A DNA stretch of 64,000 nt from a virus, in the IMG/VR virus record IMGVR_UViG_3300045947_000193, positions 2,384 through 66,383 of that record. One strand, 5' to 3'. The notes under the pieces are model-generated. The model was not told the origin of the DNA. It worked only from the letters and a program-made list of their open reading frames with translations, and did no database searches. The translations under genes and the position numbers were made by a program. Positions 9,209 to 20,300 of the stretch are shown piece by piece (positions within the stretch are counted from its first letter, which is position 1; each line of letters starts with the position of its first letter).

Positions 9209-10263
9209 GTGACAAGAGCAAAATCGCCTGGACGCAGAGCACCTGGAACCCCTTGACCGGGTGCGCGCGTGTCTCTTCCGGCTGTGCCCATTGCTACGCC
9301 ATAGGCGACGTATGGCGCATGGCCCATAACCCGGACCCGCATATAGCCCACGCCAACGCTGGCCTGGTCGAACGGCACGCCAATGGCCAGCTTGACTGGA
9401 CGGGAGATGTGCGACTCCATGAGCCCCGTCTCACCATTCCCCTGCACTGGCAGAAGCCGCGCCGGGTGTTTGTCAACAGCCTGAGTGACCTCTTTGCAGA
9501 CGGTGTGCCGGACGCCTGGATTGACCAGGTACTCACCGTCATGCTGCTGGCGCCGCAGCACCGCTTCCAGGTACTCACGAAGCGCCCGGAGCGCATGGCC
9601 CTCTACTTGCGAGACCGCGCCCTGTACCGGCGTGTGCTCGACTGTGCCGACCGCACCCGCCTCAGCATGCCGAAGCTGGGCAACATCGCGATCAGCAACC
9701 CCACCACGCACCCGGCGCCCTGGATATGGTGGGGTGTGTCCGCCGAAGATCAAAGCACCCTGGTCGACCGTTCCTGGGTACTCAGGCAGACGCCCGCTGC
9801 AGTGCGCTTTCTCTCGCTAGAGCCCCTGCTAGAACGGGTACGGCTGCGCTATCACCAGGACGACTGGACCACGGACTTGCTCAGTGGGACCCACAGCAGG
9901 CCCGACTGTGACGACCCGGCCTGGGATGGCCAGGCGCCCATTCATTGGGTGATTGTAGGGGGAGAGTCAGGCCCGGCTGCCCGTGGCACGCACATAGCCT
10001 GGATTCGTGAGGTGGTGCAGCAGTGCCAACGTGTGGACGTGCCGTGTTTTGTGAAGCAGCTAGGGCGCCGGGTGTTCTGGGATGGCCATGGCGCCATAGG
10101 GGCAGACTACCTTTTTTACAGCCCGGTGAGGCACGCCGGTGTCCAGGGGTACCGCCTCGACTGCTACCGCTCCCGTGCCGCCGCTGACCCGGAGGAATGG
10201 CCGGAGGACCTCCGCGTCCGTGAGTGGCCCCGTGAGCCCAGCCGCGAAGGAGCCGCCGTATGA
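9205..10263 (+). CDS. Phage Gp37/Gp68 (DUF5131) protein
   Basis: SKIAWTQSTWNPLTGCARVSSGCAHCYA; VFVNSLSDLF; FQVLTKRPERM; RFLSLEPLL; WVIVGGESG; FVKQLG. Confidence 0.92.
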   Translation: MSDKSKIAWTQSTWNPLTGCARVSSGCAHCYAIGDVWRMAHNPDPHIAHANAGLVERHANGQLDWTGDVRLHEPRLTIPLHWQKPRRVFVNSLSDLFADGVPDAWIDQVLTVMLLAPQHRFQVLTKRPERMALYLRDRALYRRVLDCADRTRLSMPKLGNIAISNPTTHPAPWIWWGVSAEDQSTLVDRSWVLRQTPAAVRFLSLEPLLERVRLRYHQDDWTTDLLSGTHSRPDCDDPAWDGQAPIHWVIVGGESGPAARGTHIAWIREVVQQCQRVDVPCFVKQLGRRVFWDGHGAIGADYLFYSPVRHAGVQGYRLDCYRSRAAADPEEWPEDLRVREWPREPSREGAAV

Positions 10264-10748
10264 GTGACGAGAACCAGGCCAGAGAGAGCGCCCTCTTTCA
10301 GGAGCCTACCCCGAGCCGCGACTGGCCCGACCCGACGCAGGCCCAGCTCGACAGCCCGGCCTTTGACGCCGTCTGGCAGTGTATCAAGCGCTGGGACATC
10401 AATGTCCCCGATGTGTACACCGGCTACATGGGCGCCACGGGGAACCACGTCAGGGCGATCCTGGACGCGCTAGGAGGGGTGACGGTGCCGGTCGAACTCC
10501 ATCAAGTGGACTTGCGCCCGGACCCGCAGAGCGTGCTTGTGGTGCGTGTGCCCTTGCACATGATAGATGAGCAGACCTTTGACCGGATCATAGAGGACGT
10601 GCACGGACTCCGGCCCCAGGGTGACGAGTGGCGCGGGCTGCAGATTCCCGTCTTTATCATGACGAGCGACTCCAGCATAGAACAACTCGACAAGGAGAAA
10701 ATGCGCGCGCTGGGGTGGGTACGGGTGGAGGAACAGGCGCGTGAGTGA
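10260..10748 (+). CDS. Hypothetical phage protein
   Basis: WPDPT...FDAVWQCIKRWDINVP..Y.GY.GATGNHVRAILDAL block; coupled start/stop. Confidence 0.55.
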   Translation: MSDENQARESALFQEPTPSRDWPDPTQAQLDSPAFDAVWQCIKRWDINVPDVYTGYMGATGNHVRAILDALGGVTVPVELHQVDLRPDPQSVLVVRVPLHMIDEQTFDRIIEDVHGLRPQGDEWRGLQIPVFIMTSDSSIEQLDKEKMRALGWVRVEEQARE

Positions 10749-11284
10749 GGACTTCTTTGTCTGCCCGTGGTGCTGGGAACTCTCTGACGACCCCGCCGTG
10801 CATCGCCATCCCCTGGACGCATGCGCGGGCTACGATGCTGAGACCGGCGAGCCGCTCTGTGAGGGGTGTGTCGAGGCAGCACGCGAAGAGGAGCAGCAGG
10901 CATGAGAGACCTGCATGGCCTTGGACGTGTCGCCTATGGCGCCTATTGCCGCGTGGTCTACGGCGACGACGCACACCTTGGCGATTACGCGGACCTGACC
11001 TGGGGACAACAGCTCGCCTGGGAAGCCGTCGCAGCGGCAGTGCAGGCGCAGCGGCCTGGCACACCAGCGGAGCAGCAGCCTATGAGCCCGGTACTAGAAG
11101 AGTGCCTGCGCCTGATAGCGATGGCCTACGCCGTCTGGCGCTGTCGCATGGGGTACAAGCCCATCGGCTATCTCAGTTACCTGGACGCCATCGGACTCGA
11201 CAGCGCGGGGGAACTCTGGGCGCCATGGACGGCGACGCTCACCGTCACCCAGCGCGCACGCCCACAGGAGAAGGGTATCCGGCG

Positions 11285-11779
11285 ATGAGCGGAGGCAGTG
11301 ACACGCCCGAGAAGCAACGCCAGGGCCAGCAGGCCATTCAGAATGGCAAAGCCTTGGAGAACGACCTGGCCCGGAAATTTGCCGAGCAGCTAGGCTACGA
11401 ACAAGCCCGGACCGTGCCGACGTTGCCCACCATCCTGGCCGACCGCGCCTATTTTGTGCGCGAGTGCAAGGGGCTGGTGCGCAACGTGGTGGGTGGTCCT
11501 ATGTCGCTGGACTTCTACCTGCACCACCCCACCAAGCACCCGGACGGTTTCGTCATTGAGGCGAAATATCAGGAGCGCGGCGGCTCCATAGATGAAAAGC
11601 TCTACTTTACGGTCAACAGCCTGCTCCGCATCAAGATACCAAGTCTCTTATTGCTGCTTGGGCATGGGTACAAGCAACCTATCTACCGCTGGTGCTTACA
11701 ACAACATCACCCTGGGACGTTGTGGGTGGTAGCCGATTGGGCAGACTTGCTCCGTATGGTCAACGGGGGATTTTTTTGA
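11285..11779 (+). CDS. PD-(D/E)XK nuclease
   Basis: NGKALE...DFYL...VIEAKYQERGGSIDEKL. Confidence 0.75.
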   Translation: MSGGSDTPEKQRQGQQAIQNGKALENDLARKFAEQLGYEQARTVPTLPTILADRAYFVRECKGLVRNVVGGPMSLDFYLHHPTKHPDGFVIEAKYQERGGSIDEKLYFTVNSLLRIKIPSLLLLLGHGYKQPIYRWCLQQHHPGTLWVVADWADLLRMVNGGFF

Positions 11780-12019
11780 GCGTCCACAGAAGGGAGGGAT
11801 ACGGCGAGATGGCTGAGGTTCTGAGGCAGAAGCCCGCAACGAACTTCCGCGAGCGCGAGCGCCTCAAGCGCCTGGTTGCCCGATGGGTGGCACGCTTTGA
11901 GGCACGATTGCCACACGAACAAGCCGCGCTCTATGCGGCGCTGAGTATCGTGTGGTGGGGACAACACGGGATCGGGGATGTGACCGCACCCCCGACCCCT
12001 TCCAGCAGAAAGGCACGCA

Positions 12020-13015
12020 ATGGAACGCCGAAATATTAAGCTAAATTCCGTGACTATCACACCTGACGCTGCACGCTCTATCTTGCTGCATGAACGCTAC
12101 GAACGGCAGCGCCCGATAGATCAGAGTTTTGTGCAGGAATACGCGCTAGACATGCTCAATGGTGAATTTCGACAAGGCACACTGATTAGTTTTTGTGTCT
12201 ATGGTGGCAAACGGTATTTGATCAATGGACAGCATACCCTGGAAGCCATCTGCCGCTCTGGGGTCACCATGGAGCTTGCCGTTGAAGAAATCCACGTCCA
12301 AAGCCTTGAAGAACGCGCGTACTGGTTTGGGAAATACGACCGGATTAAACAGCGCTCACTCAAGCAGATTTATGACGCTAATGTCATTCACGAAGCGGTC
12401 AACATGAACAAAAGCCAGGCGGATTGTCTTGGCGCGTGCCTCCCGTTGCTCGCTAGTGGCTTTTCGAGTACCCCGCGTGCGCATGGCAGTATGCGCATGT
12501 ATACGGGCAATCCCCGGCTCCGTATGGACTTTATCAGGGAGTGGGCTGACGAAGCCTCACGCTTCTATAGTGCGATCAAGGGCGCCCCTGGGACCTTGAG
12601 TATGAATATCCGCCGTGCCCCCGTGATGGCCGTGGCCCTGGTCACCTACCGCTTTACAGGCACAGATGCTGAGGAATTTTGGACGAACGTCTGCCGGGAT
12701 GATGGGCTGCATCAAGGCGATCAACGGAAAGCCCTGCATATCTTTCTGCGCACGACCAAGCTCAGCAGCTACCAGCCCCATGCCTATAGCCGCTCCATCG
12801 CCTCTGCCTGGTGTCGACACTGGAAGGGGCAACGCGGCAAAAATATCCAGCCACAGCCCGAACAGCAACCCATTTTCCTGGAGGGGACCCCGCATGACGG
12901 TGTGAGCGTTTTTCGGTATATCAGCCCGCGCGGGGAGGTGTTGCATGACCCGGTGAAGTACGAAGCGGAGACCTGGCAGATGGGACTGTTTGGGAGAGAA
13001 GCAGCGGCGGACTAG
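12020..13015 (+). CDS. ParB/DGQHR-like N-terminal domain protein
   Basis: ITPDAARSIL..RQRPI...YALDM..GEF...LINGQHTLEAI; lower GC than its neighbours. Confidence 0.7.
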   Translation: MERRNIKLNSVTITPDAARSILLHERYERQRPIDQSFVQEYALDMLNGEFRQGTLISFCVYGGKRYLINGQHTLEAICRSGVTMELAVEEIHVQSLEERAYWFGKYDRIKQRSLKQIYDANVIHEAVNMNKSQADCLGACLPLLASGFSSTPRAHGSMRMYTGNPRLRMDFIREWADEASRFYSAIKGAPGTLSMNIRRAPVMAVALVTYRFTGTDAEEFWTNVCRDDGLHQGDQRKALHIFLRTTKLSSYQPHAYSRSIASAWCRHWKGQRGKNIQPQPEQQPIFLEGTPHDGVSVFRYISPRGEVLHDPVKYEAETWQMGLFGREAAAD

Positions 13016-13092
13016 CCAGGGACCTAGAGAGCGAGACCCAGCCAGGGACCTAGAGAGCGAGACCCAGCCAGGGACCTAGAGAGCGAGACCCA
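13015..13092 (+). repeat. Perfect 26-bp tandem repeat x3
   Basis: GCCAGGGACCTAGAGAGCGAGACCCA at 13015, 13041, 13067 with no spacers. Confidence 0.95.
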
Positions 13093-13109
13093 TGAAAGGA
13101 GGGACAACG

Positions 13110-15039
13110 GTGGCACTCGCCGGACAGAAAAAAGCACTGTATATGTTGGCCTACCGTCGTCGGCGCTATCAGGAGCGCAAAGACGCGGGACTCTGTCCAC
13201 GGTGCGGAGAACGTCCGCCTTATGAAGACAGGGTGGCGTGCTTGGAGTGTCGCAAGGAGTTTCGGATATATCAGCAGCGCTACGACTTCAAAATCAAGGC
13301 TATGAAGGCGCAAGGGATTGAGATTATCCGTTGCCCCTGTCGCAAGCGTGCCATGGTACTGTGCATCCAGTGCCAGGCCCCACTTTGCGATACCTGCTAT
13401 GACGTGAACGAAGGACGGTGCCCAGCCTGTAGCGATACGGCCAACGAACAAGGGGAGCATGATGGCGAATCGCCTTCCTGAGTGGCAAGACAAGGCCAAG
13501 CGATATGGCCAAGCGGTAAGGGCGTTGGACAGGCTGGTTGAGACCTATGGCCTGCTCGATGTCTGTCATAACGTGCTTGCCGTCTTCCTATGTAACTGGA
13601 ACGTCCCTGGCGTCATACCGGAAGAAGACGAAATGGTCTGCCAGTGTACAGCGGACGCCGTGATCTTGTGCCAGACCTGCCATACCACATGGATATGCGA
13701 TCCCTGTTATGTCCTGGGACAAGGACGGTGTGCCGACTGTGTCACAGATGCGCTATGCCAGCCAGAGGTAACCCATGGACGGCTTACACCCGGTCGATGA
13801 GCCCACGCTCCCCGATGTCTTTGTACGCGGGCAACCGATGCAGATCACCCAGGCCCCGACCTACTTCAGGCTGAAGAACCTAGCCGCCTGGGGTGCAGAC
13901 ATCCAGATTCACCCCTGGGACACCTGGGACCGCTTAGCGGACCGCATTGGCACCCGACTAGGGAAGCACATCTGGCACCTGTCGCATTGGGACACCTACT
14001 ATGCGACCTTGCCCGACGTGCCCGCGTCTGCGCCTGGCGCCGTGCCGACCACGCGCGCTGAAGCCCGGCAGAAACAGCAGGAACAGCAACGCACGGAGGA
14101 TGCACAGTATGCCCTCTTCTAGGCCCACAATGCCGGTGACCTTCCTCCCGGCCTGGCAGCCGTTGCCCGTGGTCCCGGCCTGGCAGCCCTGCCCGACATG
14201 CGGCAGTGTGTGCAGCCTGCCCCGCGTGTGCCCCTGTCCCGGCAGCCGCCGTGCACCGACCCCACCGCCGCGCCGTCCCTGGTGGCATTTGAGCACCTGG
14301 TGGCTCTGGCTACGGAGGAGTAAGGAGCCATGACATCCCCCTATTGCATGCGCCTGGACATCGTTGGCTTTATACTAGATGCACGCCTCTCTGATTACCG
14401 CAATTTGTGCCTGAATGCGCAAGGCCCGATGATGGACCCTATTGACGTGAAGCGCCACATGCTAGAGGAACTGCTTAAGGGGCATCGGTATTTCCCCCTG
14501 TGTACGCACAACAACTTTGACCACCGTGCTGGCCTGTGCCGTGGTCCCCAGCCAGAGGAGGACACCCCGATATAGGTCACCGACCCTATAGACGTGAAAC
14601 GCGGTACAACTGGTGTACCGCAAGGAGGGGAAGTGTGGAGATGGAGAATGGACTAGGTACCTGGATACGCACAGATTATGCCTTTTATCAGCACCGCGCT
14701 GTTATACGGATAAGCCCCACAACGCTGCTCACCGTCCCGGCCTGGCATGCCCTCTTTACCCGTGGCATCCCGGCAGACATTGCCGCCGCCCTGACCCGCC
14801 TGGTCACCAGCGCGGAGGATGGCCGCTATGCAGGCGCCGTGGTGGTAGGACTGGCCTACGATATTTTTACGCATGGCTGGCAGGTGTCCATTATGCACCC
14901 GGCCTTGCACGAACTGGCGCCGTTTGAGCGTGCCCCCGAAGTGACGTTGCACGTCACAGCGGACCAAGTCCAGGCCGCCGCTGCGCCGCCCACTCTCACC
15001 CAGGGGACCACCCCGTGGACGTGGCCCGAGTGCAACTAA
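13110..15039 (+). CDS. Cluster of small hypothetical ORFs (13110-13481, 13459-13800, 13775-14122, 14330-14575, 14641-15039)
   Basis: RBS-led, overlapping ORFs; first two are zinc-finger-like (CxC..A...CxxC....CxxCY....GRCxxC). Confidence 0.5.
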
Positions 15040-15425
15040 TGCCCCAGGTGGTGCACCTGCCCCGGCTGCGCACCACCAGCACCCTCAATGCGCGCGTGTC
15101 CTGGTATGCCCGGTACCGGCAGAGCCAGGCCCAGCGCACCATGGTACTCCGCATCTTGCAGGCGACCTATGGGCTCACCTGCCCGTGGCCCCTGCCCGTG
15201 ACGATCACGCTCACGCGCATTGCCCCGCGTGCCCTCGACCAGGGCGACAACCTCCCTGGTGCGCTCAAGAGCTGTAGAGACGGCGTCAGTGACTACCTCA
15301 GCGGGGGGACCTATGGGAAGGGGAAGGACAACCTGCCCGGCCTGACCTGGTGCTATGCGCAGCGCCGGGGAGGTGTCGGAGAATACGGCGTTGAGATACG
15401 CCTGGAGGGCACCGCATGCGCCTGA
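15015..15425 (+). CDS. RusA-like Holliday junction resolvase
   Basis: ITLTRIAPRALDQGDNLPGALKSCRDGVSDYL...W.YAQ. Confidence 0.75.
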   Translation: MDVARVQLMPQVVHLPRLRTTSTLNARVSWYARYRQSQAQRTMVLRILQATYGLTCPWPLPVTITLTRIAPRALDQGDNLPGALKSCRDGVSDYLSGGTYGKGKDNLPGLTWCYAQRRGGVGEYGVEIRLEGTACA

Positions 15426-16389
15426 CCGTGCTCACCCTGGGAAGCAATGACGTGCTCCTAGAGACCGATGTCCCGCCAGGGCTCCGGCCTGGCAGAGGGG
15501 AGTGTCTGGCTCTCACCTATGGGGGACTGGTGCAATACTGGCTGGTCGACGATCTTACCTGGCACTGGCACCTGGCACCCCCACGGCCCGCTGCCCACGA
15601 AGGCGACCCGCCCACCCCCGCGCGTGCCACGCAGCCGCCGTCTCTGGTGGTGCGCGTGTCCCGCGTGCTGGATAACCCCGAGAAAGGAGATGCGCTCTAT
15701 GGCTGAAGACGCGACGATTGAAGGCTGGGCGATTGTCGCCCAATTTGGACACCGCAAGCTGGCAGGGTACGTGAGTACCAATACCTTTGGCAACAACAGC
15801 CTGCTCAGGATTGACGTACCGGCGAGCCCCTACGCGCCCGCGTTTACGTCCTACCTGGGCATCAGCAGTATCTTTGACCTGACGATGGTCACCGAAGAGA
15901 TTGTACACGCCACCCTGGCCACTCTGAAGCCGCGCCCGGTGACCGTGTACGAGCCCTACCAACAACTGAGCCCGCCGCGTGTAGAGGAGTGGGACCAGGC
16001 CCAGGAGGACGACGGCGACGCCTACGACGAGGAGGACCAGCCGTATGAGTAAGCCCGAGACGCTCCGCATCTGCCCGCAGTGCGACGCCGCGACGCGCGC
16101 CACGCCGCACCAGCTCTACATGGAGGCAGGTGTCAACCTGGACGGCGAAGGCTTTGTACACCTGGCCTGGCGTAAGGAGCGTGCCCAACTGACCCCCGAC
16201 GAAGCCCGGCAGCATGCCCTGAGCTTGATCCAGATAGCCGAAGCCGCCGACTATGAGGCAGCCTTTGTGCGCTGGTGTCAGGCCCGGTTAGAGATGAGCC
16301 TGGAGCAGGCCGCCCGGATGCTAGAGGACTTGCGCACCTTCTTTACCGTGGCTGAGGAGCGCCCACTAGGGAGGGGACGCTATGAGTGA
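15416..16389 (+). CDS. Three hypothetical phage ORFs (15416-15706, 15699-16052, 16045-16389)
   Basis: Translationally coupled; 15699 has the WAIVAQFGHRKLAGYV...LLRIDVP block seen in phage proteins. Confidence 0.55.
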
Positions 16390-16852
16390 CCCGGACGCCG
16401 CCGCTTTTTCCAACCCGCTGCCCCGCTATAAATTCTGGGAGAAGCGCGTGATTGCTGCCTATCTGCGCATGCTAGGCCACAGTCAGAAAGCCGTGGCAGC
16501 GGCAGTCAACCGCAACGTGCGCACCATACGGAATTGGGAAAACGAGACGGCCACCTGGACCCAGGCCCGTGACGAAGCCGCCGCGCGCTGGCTCTCGGAC
16601 CTGGTCGACGCCGCGCGGGGGACCGTGCTCACCGCTGTGCAAGGGGGAGACGCCGCCCTGGCCCTGAGTATCTTAGAGCGCAGGCTCCCCGAACTGGCGC
16701 CGCCCAAGTCCCGCGTAGAGCTAAGCATCCCGTGGGACAACCTGACGGATGACCAACTCCGCCGCATCGCGAGCGGGGAACCCCCCGCCAAGGTGTTGAG
16801 CTATGTCAACGCTGGTCTCCATCCAAGCGGAGGCGCTCCTCCGGTGGCGTGA
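16382..16852 (+). CDS. terS: Terminase small subunit (HTH)
   Basis: GHSQKAVAAAVNRNVRTIRNWE HTH; C-terminal LTDDQLRRIA; directly upstream of the terminase ATPase. Confidence 0.7.
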   Translation: MSDPDAAAFSNPLPRYKFWEKRVIAAYLRMLGHSQKAVAAAVNRNVRTIRNWENETATWTQARDEAAARWLSDLVDAARGTVLTAVQGGDAALALSILERRLPELAPPKSRVELSIPWDNLTDDQLRRIASGEPPAKVLSYVNAGLHPSGGAPPVA

Positions 16853-17630
16853 ACGCCAGCGCCAGGAGCAGGCCGCCAGTGTCAGTGCCTGGCGTGACCA
16901 GGCTGCAGCGAGCTGTCGCATTCCCCATGCCCAGCAAGTGCGCTTTCTAGAGTCACCTAGCAAGCGCAAGGTGATCCGAGCCGGGAGGCGTGGGGGGAAG
17001 ACGGTAGGCATGGCCTTGCTGGCAGTCCGCGCGTTTCTGGCAGGCCGCCGTATCCTCTATGCTGTGCCCACCCAGGAACAGATGGACCGCTTCTGGTTTG
17101 AGTGCAAGCTGGCCCTCAGTGCCGCCATTGACGCGGACCTCCTGTACAAGAATGAGACCAGGCACGTCATAGAGGTACCGGGGACGGAGAACCGCATACG
17201 GGCAAAGACAGCCTGGAACAGTGACAATTTGCGCGGAGATTACGCGGACCTAATTTTGCTTGACGAGTACCAGTTGATGGCCGAAGATGCGTGGGGAACC
17301 GTAGGTGCTCCCATGATGGCGGACCGGGATGGCGATTGCGTTTTTGTATTCACTCCGCCCTCATTCCGTAGTGCCAGCGTGTCCAAAGCGCGCGACAAAC
17401 AGCACGCGATTAAACTCTATCGGCAAGCAGCTCAAGATACGACTGGACGCTGGGAAGTCTTCCATTTTTCAAGCCAGGATAATCCGCACATCTCCGCCTC
17501 AGCCCTTGAAGACTTAGCCGAAGACATGACAGAGCTGGCCTATCGCCAGGAGATTTTAGCGGAGGATTTGGAAGACAACCCTAACTCGCTTTGGCGTCGC
17601 GAACTCATTATATATAAAGGTCTTTCTTGA
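16803..17630 (+). CDS. terL: Terminase large subunit, ATPase half
   Basis: PHAQQ, Walker A AGRRGGKT, LRG..ADLILLDE Walker B, DNPHI, YRQEILAE; stops at LWRRELIIYKGLS*. Confidence 0.9.
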   Translation: MSTLVSIQAEALLRWRERQRQEQAASVSAWRDQAAASCRIPHAQQVRFLESPSKRKVIRAGRRGGKTVGMALLAVRAFLAGRRILYAVPTQEQMDRFWFECKLALSAAIDADLLYKNETRHVIEVPGTENRIRAKTAWNSDNLRGDYADLILLDEYQLMAEDAWGTVGAPMMADRDGDCVFVFTPPSFRSASVSKARDKQHAIKLYRQAAQDTTGRWEVFHFSSQDNPHISASALEDLAEDMTELAYRQEILAEDLEDNPNSLWRRELIIYKGLS

Positions 17631-17718
17631 TTTTTGGCTATACTTAAAGAGTCTACCCACGGGAGAGACACCGGCTCTCCCGTGGGCTTCACCACGTTAG
17701 CTATTGGAGGTAGCTACC

Positions 17719-18456
17719 ATGGCTCTGAGCAGTATAGCATGTACAATCGCGCACTGTGATCGTCCTGCTTATCGGTATGGCTGGTGTCGCCGCCATCATT
17801 ACCGCTTCCTGGTGCATGGCGATCCTGAAGGCGGAGAGCCTTTGCGCAACACCGAGCACGCCGCAACGTGTGCCATCCCTGGGTGTAACCGCCCCTATGT
17901 AGGGAAGGGGCTCTGTGGTCTACATTACCAACGGCGTGCCCTGCATGGGGACCCGCTCTATCGCCCACGCTGGTACAAAGATCAACCCTGTACCGTGCGC
18001 GGCTGTAAAAATTTACAACGCTATGAAGGCTATTGTAGTAAGCATCAGCAACGCCTCAAAAAGCATGGCGATCCCACTATACGGCTCATAGCAGAGACCG
18101 GCAGTGGAACCATCTCCCGGCAAGGGTACCGCCGTGTCTATAAGCCAGGGCATCCAGGCGCCACCAAAACGGGCTGGATGCTAGAGCATCGCCTTGTGAT
18201 GGCGGAGATGCTAGGGCGTGCGTTGCTCTCAGACGAAGTGGTGCACCACAAGAACGGGAACCGCCTAGACAATCGCCCGGAAAACCTGGAGTTGTGGCTC
18301 AAATCGCAACCCCCAGGCCAGCGAGTTATGGACCAACTTACATGGGCACGCCAGATCATTGCGCAATACGGACACCTGGCGCGCAGTCCATATTTCCAGG
18401 ATGGTCACACGGACACAAGGCAGCCCGACAGCGCGCAACTCTCTCTCTTGGAGTAA
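17719..18456 (+). CDS. HNH homing endonuclease inserted in terL
   Basis: Three C....C........C..HY.R....GDP repeats; [39 protein letters not shown]. Confidence 0.92.
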   Translation: MALSSIACTIAHCDRPAYRYGWCRRHHYRFLVHGDPEGGEPLRNTEHAATCAIPGCNRPYVGKGLCGLHYQRRALHGDPLYRPRWYKDQPCTVRGCKNLQRYEGYCSKHQQRLKKHGDPTIRLIAETGSGTISRQGYRRVYKPGHPGATKTGWMLEHRLVMAEMLGRALLSDEVVHHKNGNRLDNRPENLELWLKSQPPGQRVMDQLTWARQIIAQYGHLARSPYFQDGHTDTRQPDSAQLSLLE

Positions 18457-18463
18457 GTATCCT

Positions 18464-18976
18464 ATGCCCACCTACAAGGACGCCGCCCGTATTGTGATAG
18501 CGGTCGACCCGGCTGTCACGTCGACCAGCAGCAGTGATGAGGTGGGGATTGTGGTCTGTGCTCGTAGCCTTGATCACACGGGCTATGTGCTGGAGGACCT
18601 CAGCGGACGCTTTAGCCCGGAGCGCTGGGCACGCCGGGTGAGCGATGCCTATTGGGACCTGCAAGCGGACCGGGTGGTAGCCGAAGTCAACAACGGGGGA
18701 GATATGGTGGAAGCCGTCCTGCGTATGGTGGACAAGGAAATCAGCTACAAGGCCGTGCATGCCAGTAGAGGCAAGCAGACCAGAGCGGAGCCCATAGTAG
18801 CCTTGTACGAGAAAGGCCGCATCTTTCACACCAGACCCTTCCCCGCGTTGGAGGATGAACTCTGTAATTGGGACCCGACCAGTGGCGCCCGCTCTCCCTC
18901 ACGCCTGGACGCCCTGGTCTGGGGCTTTACCGAGCTATTTCTAGGCATGCGGGCGGGCCGGGTGGTGTTGATATGA
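18464..18976 (+). CDS. terL: Terminase large subunit, nuclease half
   Basis: RIVIAVDPAVTS..SDEVGIVV, VVAEVNNGG, HASRGKQTRAEPI, SPSRLDALVWG; own RBS GGAG and ATG. Confidence 0.9.
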   Translation: MPTYKDAARIVIAVDPAVTSTSSSDEVGIVVCARSLDHTGYVLEDLSGRFSPERWARRVSDAYWDLQADRVVAEVNNGGDMVEAVLRMVDKEISYKAVHASRGKQTRAEPIVALYEKGRIFHTRPFPALEDELCNWDPTSGARSPSRLDALVWGFTELFLGMRAGRVVLI

Positions 18977-19184
18977 GCGAACTCCCCCGCTTTTTTCTGG
19001 TGTGTGTCGCCTGTCGCAGCGTGCTGGTGTTGCTGAGCGGGAGCCGTGACAGCGACGGCGTCTGGCTGGTGATGCACTGCGCTGGCTGTGGTGCGACGCA
19101 ACGCGCCGGACCGCTGGCCATGGAGGAAGACCCCGCATGCCCGCACACCGCCTGACCGTAGCACTTGGATAGGACAGTATCCCC

Positions 19185-20300
19185 GTGGCTCTCGTGGAAG
19201 TGCTCCACCCGCTCAACCCGTGGCATGCCGCTGTGACGCGCGCCGTGGACGCGGTCGACGCCTACGCCCCGCACCCGTCCGCCTTGCTGCGCCGCCTGGT
19301 GGTCTATGCGCATGGGCGCTTGCGCCACCGTCCCCTGTGGGACGCGATGCAGGCCCGTGGCTGGTCCCAGCGCGACCTCTGCGACTTCTTAGGGTGCACC
19401 TATGCCAATGGCACAAAGATGGTCTGCTTGCAACACATCCCCACCTCGCCCACCATCCAGCGCCGCCTGATGGAACTCACCGGCTGGGCCATCGACGATC
19501 TTTTTCCGCCTGTGTTTTTCCAGGCGCTCTGGAATACGCACCGCGCGACCAGCCGCGCCACCCCGCGCGCGATCCGCCAGGCGTGGTACCCGGAGCCGAG
19601 CCCGGACCCGGCCACCGCGTACCAGGAGGGGGAGCTGCAGCGCGTTGTGCGGGGGGAGCTAGACACCCTCACCCCCAACCAGCGCACCGTGCTTGAGGGG
19701 TATTTTGGGCTGGAAGGGCCACCGCAGACCCTGGAAGCGCTGGCCAAAACCCAGGGCAAGAGCTACGAACGTATCCGCCAGATGCGAGACGCCGCGCTCC
19801 GCAAGCTCAGCCACCCCGCGCACCGTGCCAGACTCAGGCCGTACCTGGAGGACCTCGACGGCATCCGTCCCACCTGGGGACGCATGGCCTACCTGCCTGA
19901 GAGGGATGCGCCAGCGCCACGCCCGAAGCCACCCCCGGCGCCGCTGCCCAAGGTCTACACCTGGCACCGCACCCCCTGGCCGATCACGCAGCCCGCTGAC
20001 CTGGTGCTGCAGGCCACCGACGTGCCCGGCTGGGAGCTACAGCGCGCGCTGGGACCAGGGGAGCATGTACTAGGGTTTGAAGTGGTCACCTTTGACCAGG
20101 AGGGCACCGGCTGGACCACGTCCCCGGCCACCATGACCCAGGCCCTCCTGTTCCCGGAGATGTTCCGCGTGCGTCGACGCCCACAGCCCCCGCCGCCGAT
20201 CTTTACCGTGCTACCGGGCACGCTGCGCTGTCTCATACGGTGGAAGATTCACGGCACCCCTTTTTTGCCCGCAACACGGGAAAGGAGCAAGCAACGATGA
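19185..20300 (+). CDS. Protein with sigma-70 region-4 domain and N-terminal HTH
   Basis: LDTLTPNQRTVLEGYFGLEG..TLEALAK..GKSYERIRQMRDAALRKLSHP; ARGWSQRDLCDFLG upstream. Confidence 0.75.
   Translation: MALVEVLHPLNPWHAAVTRAVDAVDAYAPHPSALLRRLVVYAHGRLRHRPLWDAMQARGWSQRDLCDFLGCTYANGTKMVCLQHIPTSPTIQRRLMELTGWAIDDLFPPVFFQALWNTHRATSRATPRAIRQAWYPEPSPDPATAYQEGELQRVVRGELDTLTPNQRTVLEGYFGLEGPPQTLEALAKTQGKSYERIRQMRDAALRKLSHPAHRARLRPYLEDLDGIRPTWGRMAYLPERDAPAPRPKPPPAPLPKVYTWHRTPWPITQPADLVLQATDVPGWELQRALGPGEHVLGFEVVTFDQEGTGWTTSPATMTQALLFPEMFRVRRRPQPPPPIFTVLPGTLRCLIRWKIHGTPFLPATRERSKQR

Noticed and set aside
13015-13092. Mini CRISPR array
   Set aside because: Repeats are directly adjacent with no spacers
17631-18463. 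Group I intron or intein in terL
   Set aside because: Non-coding flanks are only 88 and 7 nt, an in-frame stop is present, and the downstream half has its own RBS; not formally excluded without a covariance search
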